Assembly: GCA_038733315.1 (NCBI GenBank)
Contig: JAVYPJ010000001.1
Coordinates: 171,469 to 235,468, forward strand
DNA length: 64,000 nucleotides
Source of the DNA: Candidatus Aenigmatarchaeota archaeon
Lineage (GTDB): Archaea; Aenigmatarchaeota; Aenigmatarchaeia; CG10238-14; SpSt-28
Reading direction: 5' to 3'
This document shows positions 8,810 to 18,596 of the stretch, one piece after another. How positions within the stretch are numbered: the first letter of the stretch is position 1; the number at the start of each line of letters is the position of its first letter. Under the pieces are notes generated by a model. It worked only from the letters and a program-made list of their open reading frames with translations, did not search any database and was not told the origin of the DNA. The position numbers were made by a program, and so were the translations under genes.

Positions 8810-11527
8810 ATGAGCACTGAAAGATTTTTTTTAATAGACGTTGATTATGATGTTATCGACGATAAACCATTAATAAGGATTTATGGAAAAACAAAAGATA
8901 ATAAATCAATAACAGTTTTTTATAGAGATTTTTTTCCATATTTTTATGTTAAAACGAAAGATTTAGAAAAAACAATTGATTTTATAGATAAAAATTTTAA
9001 AAATTTAATTGTTAAAGTGGAAATAGTTAATAAATATTTACCTATAGGTTTTAAAAACAAAAAAGACGAACTTTTAAAAATATATTTAAAGCATCCGGCT
9101 AAGGTACCTATCGTTAGAGATCAGCTAATGAGCTTAGAATTTATAGAGGGAATTTTTGAAGCTGATATACTTTTTAAGTATAGGTTTATGGCAGATTTTG
9201 GTCTTTATGGTTGTAAGTGGTATGAAGCTGAAGGAGTTTATGTTAATAATACATCTACTGTTTTCACAGATTTAAAGTTCGAGGCGAAAATTTTTAAAGA
9301 AGTAGAAGATATAACTAATCCAAAATTTAAGATATTATCAATAGATATTGAAGTGGCTAATGACATCGGCATGCCAAACCCGAAAAACCATCCAATATCT
9401 ATAATTTCTTTAAGTTTTTTCCCAGAGTTTAAAGATAAGAAAAGTCTTGTTTTACTTTCCAAAAAAATTATAAATAAAGAAAATTTAGATATTTTGTGTT
9501 TCGAAAATGAAGAAGAAATGCTAAAAAAATTTGTGGATATTGTTAAGGAATATAATCCAGATTTTATTATAGGTTATAACATCAACAATTTTGATATACC
9601 TTATATAATCGAAAGATTAAAAATAAACAACATCAAACCATATCTTGGTAGAGTTAAAAAGAGTTGTAAAAGTATAAAACTTAATGAGGGAAAATATAAA
9701 AACACAATTACTGGAAGAGTAATAGTAGATTTTTATGAGATATTTAAGGAATTTTCAAAAAAAGGAATGTTTAAAACAAAAAGATTGGGTTTAGGTGATG
9801 TCGCAAGTGCTTTAATTGGAAAAACGAAAGAGGATGTTGATCATAGTGAAATTAAAAAGCTTTGGGATGGGGATATTGATGATATTTTAAGATTAGTTAA
9901 GTATGCGAAAAAAGATGCTGAGCTTGTTTTAGAAATTATGTTAAGTAGAGATTTCCTCTCTCAATACATAGAAATTTCTAGATTGAGTGGTTTATTACTT
10001 CAAGATTCCTTAGCTGGCTCAGAATCTTCAAGAATAGAACAGTTTCTATTAATAGAATTTAATAAAAACGATTTTGTAATTCCGAATAAACCAACTAAAA
10101 AAGAGCTCAAAGAGAGGGAAAAAGAAAGGGTTAAGGGTGCTATTGTTTTAGAGCCAAAAACTGGCTTGCATGAATATGTTATTTATTTGGATTTTAAATC
10201 GCTATACCCAAGTTTAATAATTCAGTATAATATATGTCCAACAACATACGTTAGGAAAAAAGAGGAATTAGATGAAGAAATAGAATTAATTCAATCGCCA
10301 ATAAACACCTTTTTTGTTTCAAAAAATGTAAGGGAAGGAATTTTTCCAAGAGTTTTAAAAAGATTAATAGATGAAAGAGATATGATTAAAAAATTAATGA
10401 AAAACGAAAAGGATGAGGTTAGAAAAAAACTTTTAGATGCAAAACAATTAGCTCTAAAAAGTCTAGCAAATTCTTTTTATGGATATACAGGATATCTTAG
10501 GGCAAGATTTTTTATTGCTGATATTGCTAATACAATAACTGCTTATGGTAGATATTGGATAACTAATGTTAAAAAACTTATAGAAAGCGTTGGTTATGAG
10601 GTTGTTTATGGCGATACAGATTCAGTTATGATTAAGGTTAATGTGAATTCGATGGAAGAGGCATTTAAAAAAGGATTGGAAATAGAAAAATTTATCAATT
10701 CTAACACTCCTGAAAATATAAAAATGAAGTTAGAAGGTATAATGAAAAAGATATTATTAATAACAAAAAAGAAATATTTCGGATATTTGTTTGAGAGTAA
10801 TAATGACAGCGGAAAAATCCTTATGAAAGGTGTAGAAACAGTAAGAAGGGATTGGTGTGATTTGGTTTCTGAGACTTTGAGTAAAGTAATTGAAATACTT
10901 TTAATTACAGGTGATGAAAGGAAAGCTTTTGATTATGTTAGGGAAATATTTAGAAAGTTAAAAAATAATGAAATAGATCCACAAAAACTAGCTATAGTAA
11001 AATCAATCTCAAGACCTATTGAAAAATATAAAGGGCAACAACCACACATAGAATTAATAAAGAAAATGAGAAAAAGAAATGAGCCTAATATACCTGGTGT
11101 TGGTGATAGGGTAAGTTATGTAATAGTTTCCGGGCCACAAAAAATTGTTGAAAGAGCAGAGAGTGTTGATTATGTTAAAAAACATAAAATACCAATAGAT
11201 GCAGAATACTATATACATCATCAATTATTACCACCCTTAGAAAGAATTTTTGAAGTGATAGGTATATCTTCTTCACAGTTTATTACTGGAAGTAAACAGA
11301 TATCTATTCTATCCATTATACAGAATGGAAATGGTAATGGAAAGAAAGATTATAGTGAAAAGATTCCAAATAATGAAATAAGAATCGAAGAGCTTGAAGG
11401 TTTTATATGTAACAGTTGTTCAACTATATACAGAAGAGTACCATTAAATGGTTTTTGTGAAATATGTAATGGTGAAATAGTATTTTATTCACAAACATTA
11501 AAAACAAAAATATTATCTATAACATAG
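8810..11527 (+). CDS. polB: Family B DNA polymerase with intact exo/pol motifs and an extra C-terminal DP2-like Zn finger
   Basis: ExoI SIDIE, ExoII YNINNFD, ExoIII YAKKD; DFKSLYPS, KSLANSFYG, YGDTDS; tail CNSC...YRRVPLNGFCEICNG. Confidence 0.97.
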   Translation: MSTERFFLIDVDYDVIDDKPLIRIYGKTKDNKSITVFYRDFFPYFYVKTKDLEKTIDFIDKNFKNLIVKVEIVNKYLPIGFKNKKDELLKIYLKHPAKVPIVRDQLMSLEFIEGIFEADILFKYRFMADFGLYGCKWYEAEGVYVNNTSTVFTDLKFEAKIFKEVEDITNPKFKILSIDIEVANDIGMPNPKNHPISIISLSFFPEFKDKKSLVLLSKKIINKENLDILCFENEEEMLKKFVDIVKEYNPDFIIGYNINNFDIPYIIERLKINNIKPYLGRVKKSCKSIKLNEGKYKNTITGRVIVDFYEIFKEFSKKGMFKTKRLGLGDVASALIGKTKEDVDHSEIKKLWDGDIDDILRLVKYAKKDAELVLEIMLSRDFLSQYIEISRLSGLLLQDSLAGSESSRIEQFLLIEFNKNDFVIPNKPTKKELKEREKERVKGAIVLEPKTGLHEYVIYLDFKSLYPSLIIQYNICPTTYVRKKEELDEEIELIQSPINTFFVSKNVREGIFPRVLKRLIDERDMIKKLMKNEKDEVRKKLLDAKQLALKSLANSFYGYTGYLRARFFIADIANTITAYGRYWITNVKKLIESVGYEVVYGDTDSVMIKVNVNSMEEAFKKGLEIEKFINSNTPENIKMKLEGIMKKILLITKKKYFGYLFESNNDSGKILMKGVETVRRDWCDLVSETLSKVIEILLITGDERKAFDYVREIFRKLKNNEIDPQKLAIVKSISRPIEKYKGQQPHIELIKKMRKRNEPNIPGVGDRVSYVIVSGPQKIVERAESVDYVKKHKIPIDAEYYIHHQLLPPLERIFEVIGISSSQFITGSKQISILSIIQNGNGNGKKDYSEKIPNNEIRIEELEGFICNSCSTIYRRVPLNGFCEICNGEIVFYSQTLKTKILSIT

Positions 11528-11537
11528 AATTTTTGTT

Positions 11538-12089
11538 ATGAATATATCAAGTATAGTAAACATTTTGGATAAATCTGTGTTTACTTTTTTGTCTATTATA
11601 GACTTTTCTCAAATTTACCTAATTTCTTTTTTTACTTACTATTTTTTTTACCTCTTTTTTTTATTGTTTTTTATATACCTATATTTTTTTGAGAGAAATA
11701 ACAAAATAGTAAAAACCTTAGTTATTTTATCTTTGATTGGTTTTTGTTTTGTTTATGGTTTCAAATATTTTTTTAAAAAAGAGAGGCCTGTTGGAATTGT
11801 TGAAAAGTTAGATTATTCCTTTCCGTCTTCTCATGCTTATTTTGCAACCCTGGTTTTAATAGTTTCATATCTCTATGTTAGAAACTATTTTCTAAAATCT
11901 TTTTTTATAGTTCTTTCATTGTTCTTATTCTTTTCTATTTTAGTTTTAAAAATTCATTATTTTTCTGATGTAATATTTTCTACATTTCTTGCTTGTTTAT
12001 TCTTTTATATATTTAATAATAAGAGAGATATTTTACAAAAAATCGTAGAAAAAGTGAGAAGAGTATCGAAAAAGATATTAGAACATTAA
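11538..12089 (+). CDS. PAP2-family membrane phosphatase (possibly lipid-carrier pyrophosphate recycling)
   Basis: KYFFKKERP, SFPSSH, HYFSDV motifs; close to AglB. Confidence 0.85.
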   Translation: MNISSIVNILDKSVFTFLSIIDFSQIYLISFFTYYFFYLFFLLFFIYLYFFERNNKIVKTLVILSLIGFCFVYGFKYFFKKERPVGIVEKLDYSFPSSHAYFATLVLIVSYLYVRNYFLKSFFIVLSLFLFFSILVLKIHYFSDVIFSTFLACLFFYIFNNKRDILQKIVEKVRRVSKKILEH

Positions 12090-13443
12090 AGAAAAAGAAT
12101 GAAAGTGAAAACAAAACAAATATAGATAATATTAAGAAATTATATTTTTTAAATTCTCTACTAAAAACTTCTATTAACATTAAACTTATAAGAGTTAGTG
12201 AAAATGTAAAAATGGATATAAAAACTTTACCATAAAATAAATAAGTCAGAAATATTGTAGAAAAAATAAATAAAAATAACAATTCATAATTCATTTTTTT
12301 AAACTTTATAGAATGAATCGTAAAAAGTACAAAAACAAGAAAAGAAAAAAATGGTATGAAAATTAACGAAGAAATTATTAAGGGTATGTATAATAGAATT
12401 TCAAGATTTTTTATTCTAAATATTAGATAAATTGTTAGAAGAGTAAGTATAGCTAATAAAATTTTTTCTGGTGTAAATATGTTGAAGTTTTCTTCTATGC
12501 TAAAATCTTCCTTATCTATCAAATTGGAAACTATGACATTTTTTATATTTTCACCATGCTTATTATCTTCAAAAAATATTGAGATATAATGAGTATAATT
12601 TTTATATGGTAGAAAAGACTCAAAAATTTTCATGTTTTTATATTCTATAACAAGTTTAGCGTCGTAGTACTTTTCTAATTGAATTAATTTTAGCGGAATA
12701 TTTTCAATGTTTTTAATTAAGTTTTTGTATGCGGAATCATCTATTTTTATAGTTAGATTTACAAAATAATTTCCTGATTTTTGAATACTTATATCTTTAA
12801 TATTACTCTGATTAAATAAATAGATTTTAACTGTTACATTGTTTTCAGAAATATAAACTTTATCATATAACTCATATAATTTTTCTATAGGAACTTCTTC
12901 GTTTAATATCTTAACTGTATTATTCTCTTCTATTTTAAATTCTCTTTCTATATAAAAATGCAAATTTTTTTCTGAAGATAATATATTCAAAAGATTATAA
13001 TCTTTTGGTAATATGATTTTGTTGTTATCTAATATAAAATTTTTATAGCCTAACATCTCAATTAATTTTTTATTCTTTTCTGCATTCTTTATAACTATTC
13101 TCTCTAAGTTCGTTGGTTTGAAAAATAGTTTATACTCTTTTTCTTCAACCTCAAAAACATAGTTTTCAAGAGCCTTACATCTAACTATCTTATTATTTGA
13201 TAATATAAAAATAGTTTGATTTGGAGTTATTTGTTTTTTTATTTCTTCAAAGTTTTCTATCGATTTTATATCTCTATCATTAATTCCATTAAGCTCATCA
13301 CCAATTCTTATAAATTCTTCACACTCAAAATTTTCAAAGTTTTTTATTACTATACTTTTTTTGTCAGGTATTAGAAAAAGTATTAGTAGAAGTATTAATG
13401 GCAATACTATTAAAACTATTTTTGGTAAAATATTTTCTTTCAT
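12013..13443 (-). CDS. Membrane protein, possibly a highly diverged SecD-like protein
   Basis: One N-terminal TM, large extracytoplasmic region with a PDZ-like GDELNGIN segment, and about 5-6 C-terminal TMs; SecD GLDLxGG motif not seen. Confidence 0.35.
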   Translation of the reverse strand: MKENILPKIVLIVLPLILLLILFLIPDKKSIVIKNFENFECEEFIRIGDELNGINDRDIKSIENFEEIKKQITPNQTIFILSNNKIVRCKALENYVFEVEEKEYKLFFKPTNLERIVIKNAEKNKKLIEMLGYKNFILDNNKIILPKDYNLLNILSSEKNLHFYIEREFKIEENNTVKILNEEVPIEKLYELYDKVYISENNVTVKIYLFNQSNIKDISIQKSGNYFVNLTIKIDDSAYKNLIKNIENIPLKLIQLEKYYDAKLVIEYKNMKIFESFLPYKNYTHYISIFFEDNKHGENIKNVIVSNLIDKEDFSIEENFNIFTPEKILLAILTLLTIYLIFRIKNLEILLYIPLIISSLIFIPFFSFLVFVLFTIHSIKFKKMNYELLFLFIFSTIFLTYLFYGKVFISIFTFSLTLISLMLIEVFSREFKKYNFLILSIFVLFSLSFFFFNVLISFSILFSLFLRFFVKYLSYY

Positions 13444-13446
13444 AAT

Positions 13447-15813
13447 TTATGAGAACAAAACTTCATAAATCTTAACTTCGTAGTTGCTAAAAACTAACTT
13501 AAACTTTTCTAAACCTAAGCCATTTAAGAAATACATTTTTGTAAATAGAGAATCTTTTATTTCATCATCAGCAATATAAAGATATCGTAGTGTGGGATCT
13601 ATTATTACCATATAATTTCTATCCCATTTTCTTCCAAAAGCTTCTTGATCTATTATTATTGGTTGATCTTGAGAGTAATATACAAGATACCTTATTCTCT
13701 CTTTATTCATGAGATAGGCGGTAAGAATAGATTGATTATTAAACGTTTCCGGCCTTATAGTAACATCTATATCTTTTATTTCCTCACCTATCATTACTTT
13801 AGATGTATAAACTAAATAATTTTTTTCTATATCAGATTTCCTAGTGTTTAAAATAAATATTGAGTACATTTTACCTTCTGCATAGTTGTTTTTGTAGAAA
13901 AAGTTTTCAATACCACTTTTTGTATAGCATACAGAATTATCTGGATAATATTTTCTTAGGCAAGAAGAAAAATAATATGGCCAATAGAATTTAAATATAA
14001 GATCGTTACTAGCTATAAAATATATTTTTTTAATAGTTATGTTACATATTTCTTCTCTAAACAAGGTCGGATAAACTTCTTTAACTTTTTTACAATCCTC
14101 TTCAGATAACTTAGTATATTTCTTAAGAATTTCATACGCTTCAGTTTCGTTTTGAGTTGTCAATATTCTACCCATATCTTGAATTCTAATGTTATGGTCG
14201 AATGGAATACAACCAAAATTTTCTGTTTTACCACAATGCATACCATCTGCATGAACTCTTACACCAGCATATCCTGCTAATATTACTCCAGGATCCCACC
14301 AGGTAGCTACTAAGGTATACTTATCGGAATTTTCTTTTAAGAAGTTTAGTGCATCTAACCAATCTTTACTTACTTCATAACTTCCTTTTAATCTACTTGC
14401 AGTGAATGTTGCGACATCTAAATATAAAAACAAAAATACAAGGATTAAAGAAAAGAAAAATATTTTAAATAAATTTTTCGCTTCATCACTTCTTATTCTC
14501 TCTATTAGAAAATTGTATGAGAATATCAAGACATATGACGAAACTACTACAAGACATGATGTGAATTGCAATATAAATCTTACTCCCTGGGAAATATAGA
14601 AGAGGCAAATTAAAAACCAAGATAATAAAAACAAATCAATCCAATTTATATTCTTTTTGAAAAATTTATATAATAAAATAGGGAAGTACATTATCGATAA
14701 AGCAAATAGTATAGCACCAACCGGCCAGCCACCTATTCTTGATGTAATTGTTTCTATACCTTCTTTACTGAATAGATTAAATTTCTGCAATTCCGCTACT
14801 GATTTATTTACTAACATAGCACTTTCTAAACCTTTTTGAAATAGTAAAGATAACATCCAAATAGACATGTCTATTGGTTTTGGAAATAGGTTATTAGCGT
14901 TAAATATTTTTTCTAAGAGAATTAAAGAAAGTTGCGTAACTATTATTAGTAGAAAAACTAGAATAAAGATGTTTAAAGAGCTTAGTAACGAAGAGAAAAA
15001 GGAGTTGAGATATTTTTCTGAGTTGGCTCTTTCATAAGAAAAAACTTTTGTTACAAAGTTTGTAATGAAATGAATCAATATAAACAAGAAAATGAATGGT
15101 AAAAAATAGAAAGCTGCTATCCAATTCCATGCAAATAGTATATAAACAATTGTTGTAACGATAAAATATGGTAATATTTTTATGATTTTGTTAAGATTTT
15201 TAAGAAATATAAAATTTATTTCATAATCAAAGAACTTTTTAAACAAAACTATTGTTGATAGAATTGTTAGGTGTGTAAAAAGTACATAAACAACATCCAA
15301 ATCTACATATCCAGCCATAGAAGTTGTAATAAAAGCTGGAGATAGCACAAGTAGGAAAGAGCCGAAGAGCGCAGCTATATTACTTTTAGTTATATATCTT
15401 ATTAAAAAGAAACAAGGAATGGCTGTTATTGCTGCATATACAGCTACAAAATAAACACTAAATTTTTCTAAGGATAATTTCACAAAATCTCTGAGTAAAA
15501 TATAACTAATTGCTAAAGTGTAGCTATATCCCCAATAAAAAGCTGGTCTCCCTGGTGGAAAATGGCTGAGTTCATCCCAATCCGCTAAAACGAACCTTTT
15601 TTCTTTATCCCATCTTTCTACTATTTCCTTAGCATATCTGAACCACCACCATGGGTCATAATCGGAAGGCATTTCTAGATAAGATGTAAACGACCTTACA
15701 ACATAGGCAAAAATCATTATTAAAATCAATGAGATTAATACGAGAATGTTTTGTATATTAATTTTTTTTGTTACAACTTCTCTTAATTTTTCCGTTTTTT
15801 TAGATTTCTTCAT
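13447..15813 (-). CDS. aglB: Oligosaccharyltransferase AglB (STT3 family)
   Basis: YDPWWWFR, GYVDLD, SVAE, WWDPG (WWDYG variant), many TMs, C-terminal EVKIYEV. Confidence 0.93.
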   Translation of the reverse strand: MKKSKKTEKLREVVTKKINIQNILVLISLILIMIFAYVVRSFTSYLEMPSDYDPWWWFRYAKEIVERWDKEKRFVLADWDELSHFPPGRPAFYWGYSYTLAISYILLRDFVKLSLEKFSVYFVAVYAAITAIPCFFLIRYITKSNIAALFGSFLLVLSPAFITTSMAGYVDLDVVYVLFTHLTILSTIVLFKKFFDYEINFIFLKNLNKIIKILPYFIVTTIVYILFAWNWIAAFYFLPFIFLFILIHFITNFVTKVFSYERANSEKYLNSFFSSLLSSLNIFILVFLLIIVTQLSLILLEKIFNANNLFPKPIDMSIWMLSLLFQKGLESAMLVNKSVAELQKFNLFSKEGIETITSRIGGWPVGAILFALSIMYFPILLYKFFKKNINWIDLFLLSWFLICLFYISQGVRFILQFTSCLVVVSSYVLIFSYNFLIERIRSDEAKNLFKIFFFSLILVFLFLYLDVATFTASRLKGSYEVSKDWLDALNFLKENSDKYTLVATWWDPGVILAGYAGVRVHADGMHCGKTENFGCIPFDHNIRIQDMGRILTTQNETEAYEILKKYTKLSEEDCKKVKEVYPTLFREEICNITIKKIYFIASNDLIFKFYWPYYFSSCLRKYYPDNSVCYTKSGIENFFYKNNYAEGKMYSIFILNTRKSDIEKNYLVYTSKVMIGEEIKDIDVTIRPETFNNQSILTAYLMNKERIRYLVYYSQDQPIIIDQEAFGRKWDRNYMVIIDPTLRYLYIADDEIKDSLFTKMYFLNGLGLEKFKLVFSNYEVKIYEVLFS

Positions 15814-15849
15814 AAATTCTTTTTAATTCTTTTTTAAACTTATTAATTA

Positions 15850-17559
15850 ATGGAAATAGAGATTAAAGTAGATAAGGAGACAGTTAAAAGGATGTATAAA
15901 CCATTTATAGTAACGATTTTTTTGATTTTTTCTCTTATAATTTTTTATAATAATTTGAGAGTAGTTCTTAATTATCCTATAGTTTTTGGAGATGAGGGCT
16001 TCCATATGAAAATAGCTAAGGAAATGACATTAAGGAAAGAATTTATACACTTTTATTATTTTTTTGGACCTAATCATCAGGCTTCTGGATATCTTACAAC
16101 TTTTCATTTCATAGAGGCTTTTGGTTTTTTGATTTCAGAGTATTTTGCAAGGTTTTTGTTACCCTTTTCAATTTTTTTAATAGCTTTTTCGGTTTTTGCT
16201 CTGTTTTGGAAGCTATTTGATGAAAAAATAGCTTTATTATCAGCAATTCTAGTACAAGTTTTTCAATCTACAGTTATATACTCTACAACTTTTTATGTAG
16301 ATAATCTTTTCTTGCTATATAATTTTTTGGCTTTTTCTTTTCTTTTTATTTTTGCTAGGGAAAAAAATTTAAGATATTTGTTACTATCGTCTGTGTTTTT
16401 TTCATTACTCTTTTTTTCGAAGCCTATGTTAAATGTTGTGGCAGCTTTTAGTATATTTTTCTTAGTTCTATACTACTTATATTTGAAAGTTATAAACTAT
16501 AAACAGTTAGTATTATATTTTGTTTTTCCTTTAATGTTTTTTTCATCGATAATTTTGATGAATGTTAGTATATATAACAAAATATGTTATAATTATTGGT
16601 ATATTTCTGAAATAATTAACAAAATTTTAAAGTTAAGTGGCGAGTGTATAATAAGAACAACTGATTATGTTGAGAAGTATTCATATAAAGATTTTAGTGA
16701 TGTGACAGAAAGAGTTGGAAGCGAGCAGACACTTTTTGATTTTGGATTACTTAATTATATTTCTTTTGCATATGGAAACAGCTTATTTATAGTGTTTACC
16801 CTTTTTACATCTATTTGTTATATTTTGTTTAAAATGAGAAGATATGATATATTATTTCCATCTATTCCAATAATTTTGCTAACTATTGTATGGCTTTCAA
16901 CATTTTACATATTTTTTGGTGATTTAGGTATTTTTGGTAGAACAGAAGACGCAGCTAGATATACTTATATTTTCAATCCATTTCTTGCTCTTTACATCTC
17001 TCTTTTCATATATTTCATAAGAGATGTATGTAGTATTTTTTCAAGAAAAATAGATTTCACACTTTTATTTAATTTATCCTTTTTTGTTTTGGTGTTTTTT
17101 GTAATACTAATATTCTATCCGTTATATTCAGAAAAACTTGAAATAATGAAAAGAGTAAAATCGTTTTCTAGCAAGTTTTTCGAAGCATGCGATTGGGTAA
17201 AGAATAACATTAATTCTACAGAAACTTTATATTCTCTTTGGGGACAAAGAGTTTCGTATAACTGTGAAAGAAAGATGGTGGGTGTTTTGGATTTGAGATT
17301 TAGTAGAAACGCAACCGAAATATATGAAATTTCTAAAAAAATTGGTTTAAACTACTTTTTCATAGAAAAGTTTAGCATAGATCCATTAAACAGAAATTTT
17401 GCAGAGATGTATGATTTAGACTGGGTTAAAATTCTTTTAGAAAACCCACAATACTTTGAGAAGGTTTATGAAAACGGTGTTGAAATAAATTCTTGTATAA
17501 ATAATTACTTACCGAGAGGTTTAGTGTGCGATGGTGTAATAATTTTAAGAGTAGTTTAG
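15850..17559 (+). CDS. GT-C membrane glycosyltransferase (ArnT/PMT, GT39-like)
   Basis: GDEGFH after TM1, more than 10 TMs, C-terminal soluble domain. Confidence 0.75.
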   Translation: MEIEIKVDKETVKRMYKPFIVTIFLIFSLIIFYNNLRVVLNYPIVFGDEGFHMKIAKEMTLRKEFIHFYYFFGPNHQASGYLTTFHFIEAFGFLISEYFARFLLPFSIFLIAFSVFALFWKLFDEKIALLSAILVQVFQSTVIYSTTFYVDNLFLLYNFLAFSFLFIFAREKNLRYLLLSSVFFSLLFFSKPMLNVVAAFSIFFLVLYYLYLKVINYKQLVLYFVFPLMFFSSIILMNVSIYNKICYNYWYISEIINKILKLSGECIIRTTDYVEKYSYKDFSDVTERVGSEQTLFDFGLLNYISFAYGNSLFIVFTLFTSICYILFKMRRYDILFPSIPIILLTIVWLSTFYIFFGDLGIFGRTEDAARYTYIFNPFLALYISLFIYFIRDVCSIFSRKIDFTLLFNLSFFVLVFFVILIFYPLYSEKLEIMKRVKSFSSKFFEACDWVKNNINSTETLYSLWGQRVSYNCERKMVGVLDLRFSRNATEIYEISKKIGLNYFFIEKFSIDPLNRNFAEMYDLDWVKILLENPQYFEKVYENGVEINSCINNYLPRGLVCDGVIILRVV

Positions 17560-18570
17560 AAAACCAAATTTATGATTTACTAATTTTTTAAAATTTTCAA
17601 ATCCGTTATTACCAAAACCAATTTTTTTAGATAATTCTATTATCTTTTCACTTTTTACTAAATCTAGACTTTCATAGAAATCATTATTGTAGAATTTAAG
17701 CCAAATAATATAATACTTGTTAAAGTTTGGTAATATAGAGGCGATAAGACTTAAAGAATTTCTTAACCATTTTGGGTTAATAAGTTTTTTATATCCCAGC
17801 AGAACAGCTCTTATCATTTCTTGAAGCAAAATAAAAAGAATTAAAAGATAAAAGAACCCGATTTTTCCAAATTTCTTTAAAATAAAGTTTCTTAACTTTT
17901 CTGATAGTTTTATGTATCTATTTGAAGTTAGTCTAAATTCATCTCTAAACCAAAAATTAATTTTACTATCTGTGTAACATAACATTCTAAAACCTATTAC
18001 AAGTTTTTCTATTGTAAAATATTTTGTTGACCTCTTCAGCTTTTCTGATAAACTCAAAGAAAAATCGCTTCTAGTGTGTACTATTTTATATTTTTTTGGA
18101 AGTTTACATACATTTTCTGTTAATACGCTAAATCTAACAAAGGTAAGTCCAGTAGGATATGCAACACTTTTTTTAAAAAACATGAACATATAGATAAAAG
18201 TCTGGATATCTTCCTGTCTAAAAATTTTATAGGCATCATATTTGCCTTTAGACAATTTCCTTAAGTTTTTAAGTAAAAATAAATTTGGAAGTTCATCTGA
18301 ATCTAAAAATAAAATCCAATCATATTTACATTCGTTAATTCCAACCTTATAATAAAAATCAGCGATTCCTATTGGTGGGAGCCATACAACTCTTACTTTT
18401 CTATAACTTTTCTCTAAGTCTTTCATTAATTTCTTTTGATTTTCTTTAATGGAACTATCAATTATAACAATTTCATCAACATACGGATAAATAACTCTTA
18501 TCTGTTTACTAATAAGTTCATATTCATCTATCGAAAAAATTAGCGCGGAAATACCATATCTCATAATCAA
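17545..18570 (-). CDS. Glycosyltransferase family 2
   Basis: YVDEIVIIDSS, CKYDWILFLDSDE. Confidence 0.85.
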   Translation of the reverse strand: MIMRYGISALIFSIDEYELISKQIRVIYPYVDEIVIIDSSIKENQKKLMKDLEKSYRKVRVVWLPPIGIADFYYKVGINECKYDWILFLDSDELPNLFLLKNLRKLSKGKYDAYKIFRQEDIQTFIYMFMFFKKSVAYPTGLTFVRFSVLTENVCKLPKKYKIVHTRSDFSLSLSEKLKRSTKYFTIEKLVIGFRMLCYTDSKINFWFRDEFRLTSNRYIKLSEKLRNFILKKFGKIGFFYLLILFILLQEMIRAVLLGYKKLINPKWLRNSLSLIASILPNFNKYYIIWLKFYNNDFYESLDLVKSEKIIELSKKIGFGNNGFENFKKLVNHKFGFLNYS

Positions 18571-18596
18571 AAATTTAAACCTAATAATTTTTTATA

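Noticed and set aside
5299..11527. Inteins in RadA or PolB
   Set aside because: Lengths and motif spacing are normal; no C...HN-C/S/T insertion
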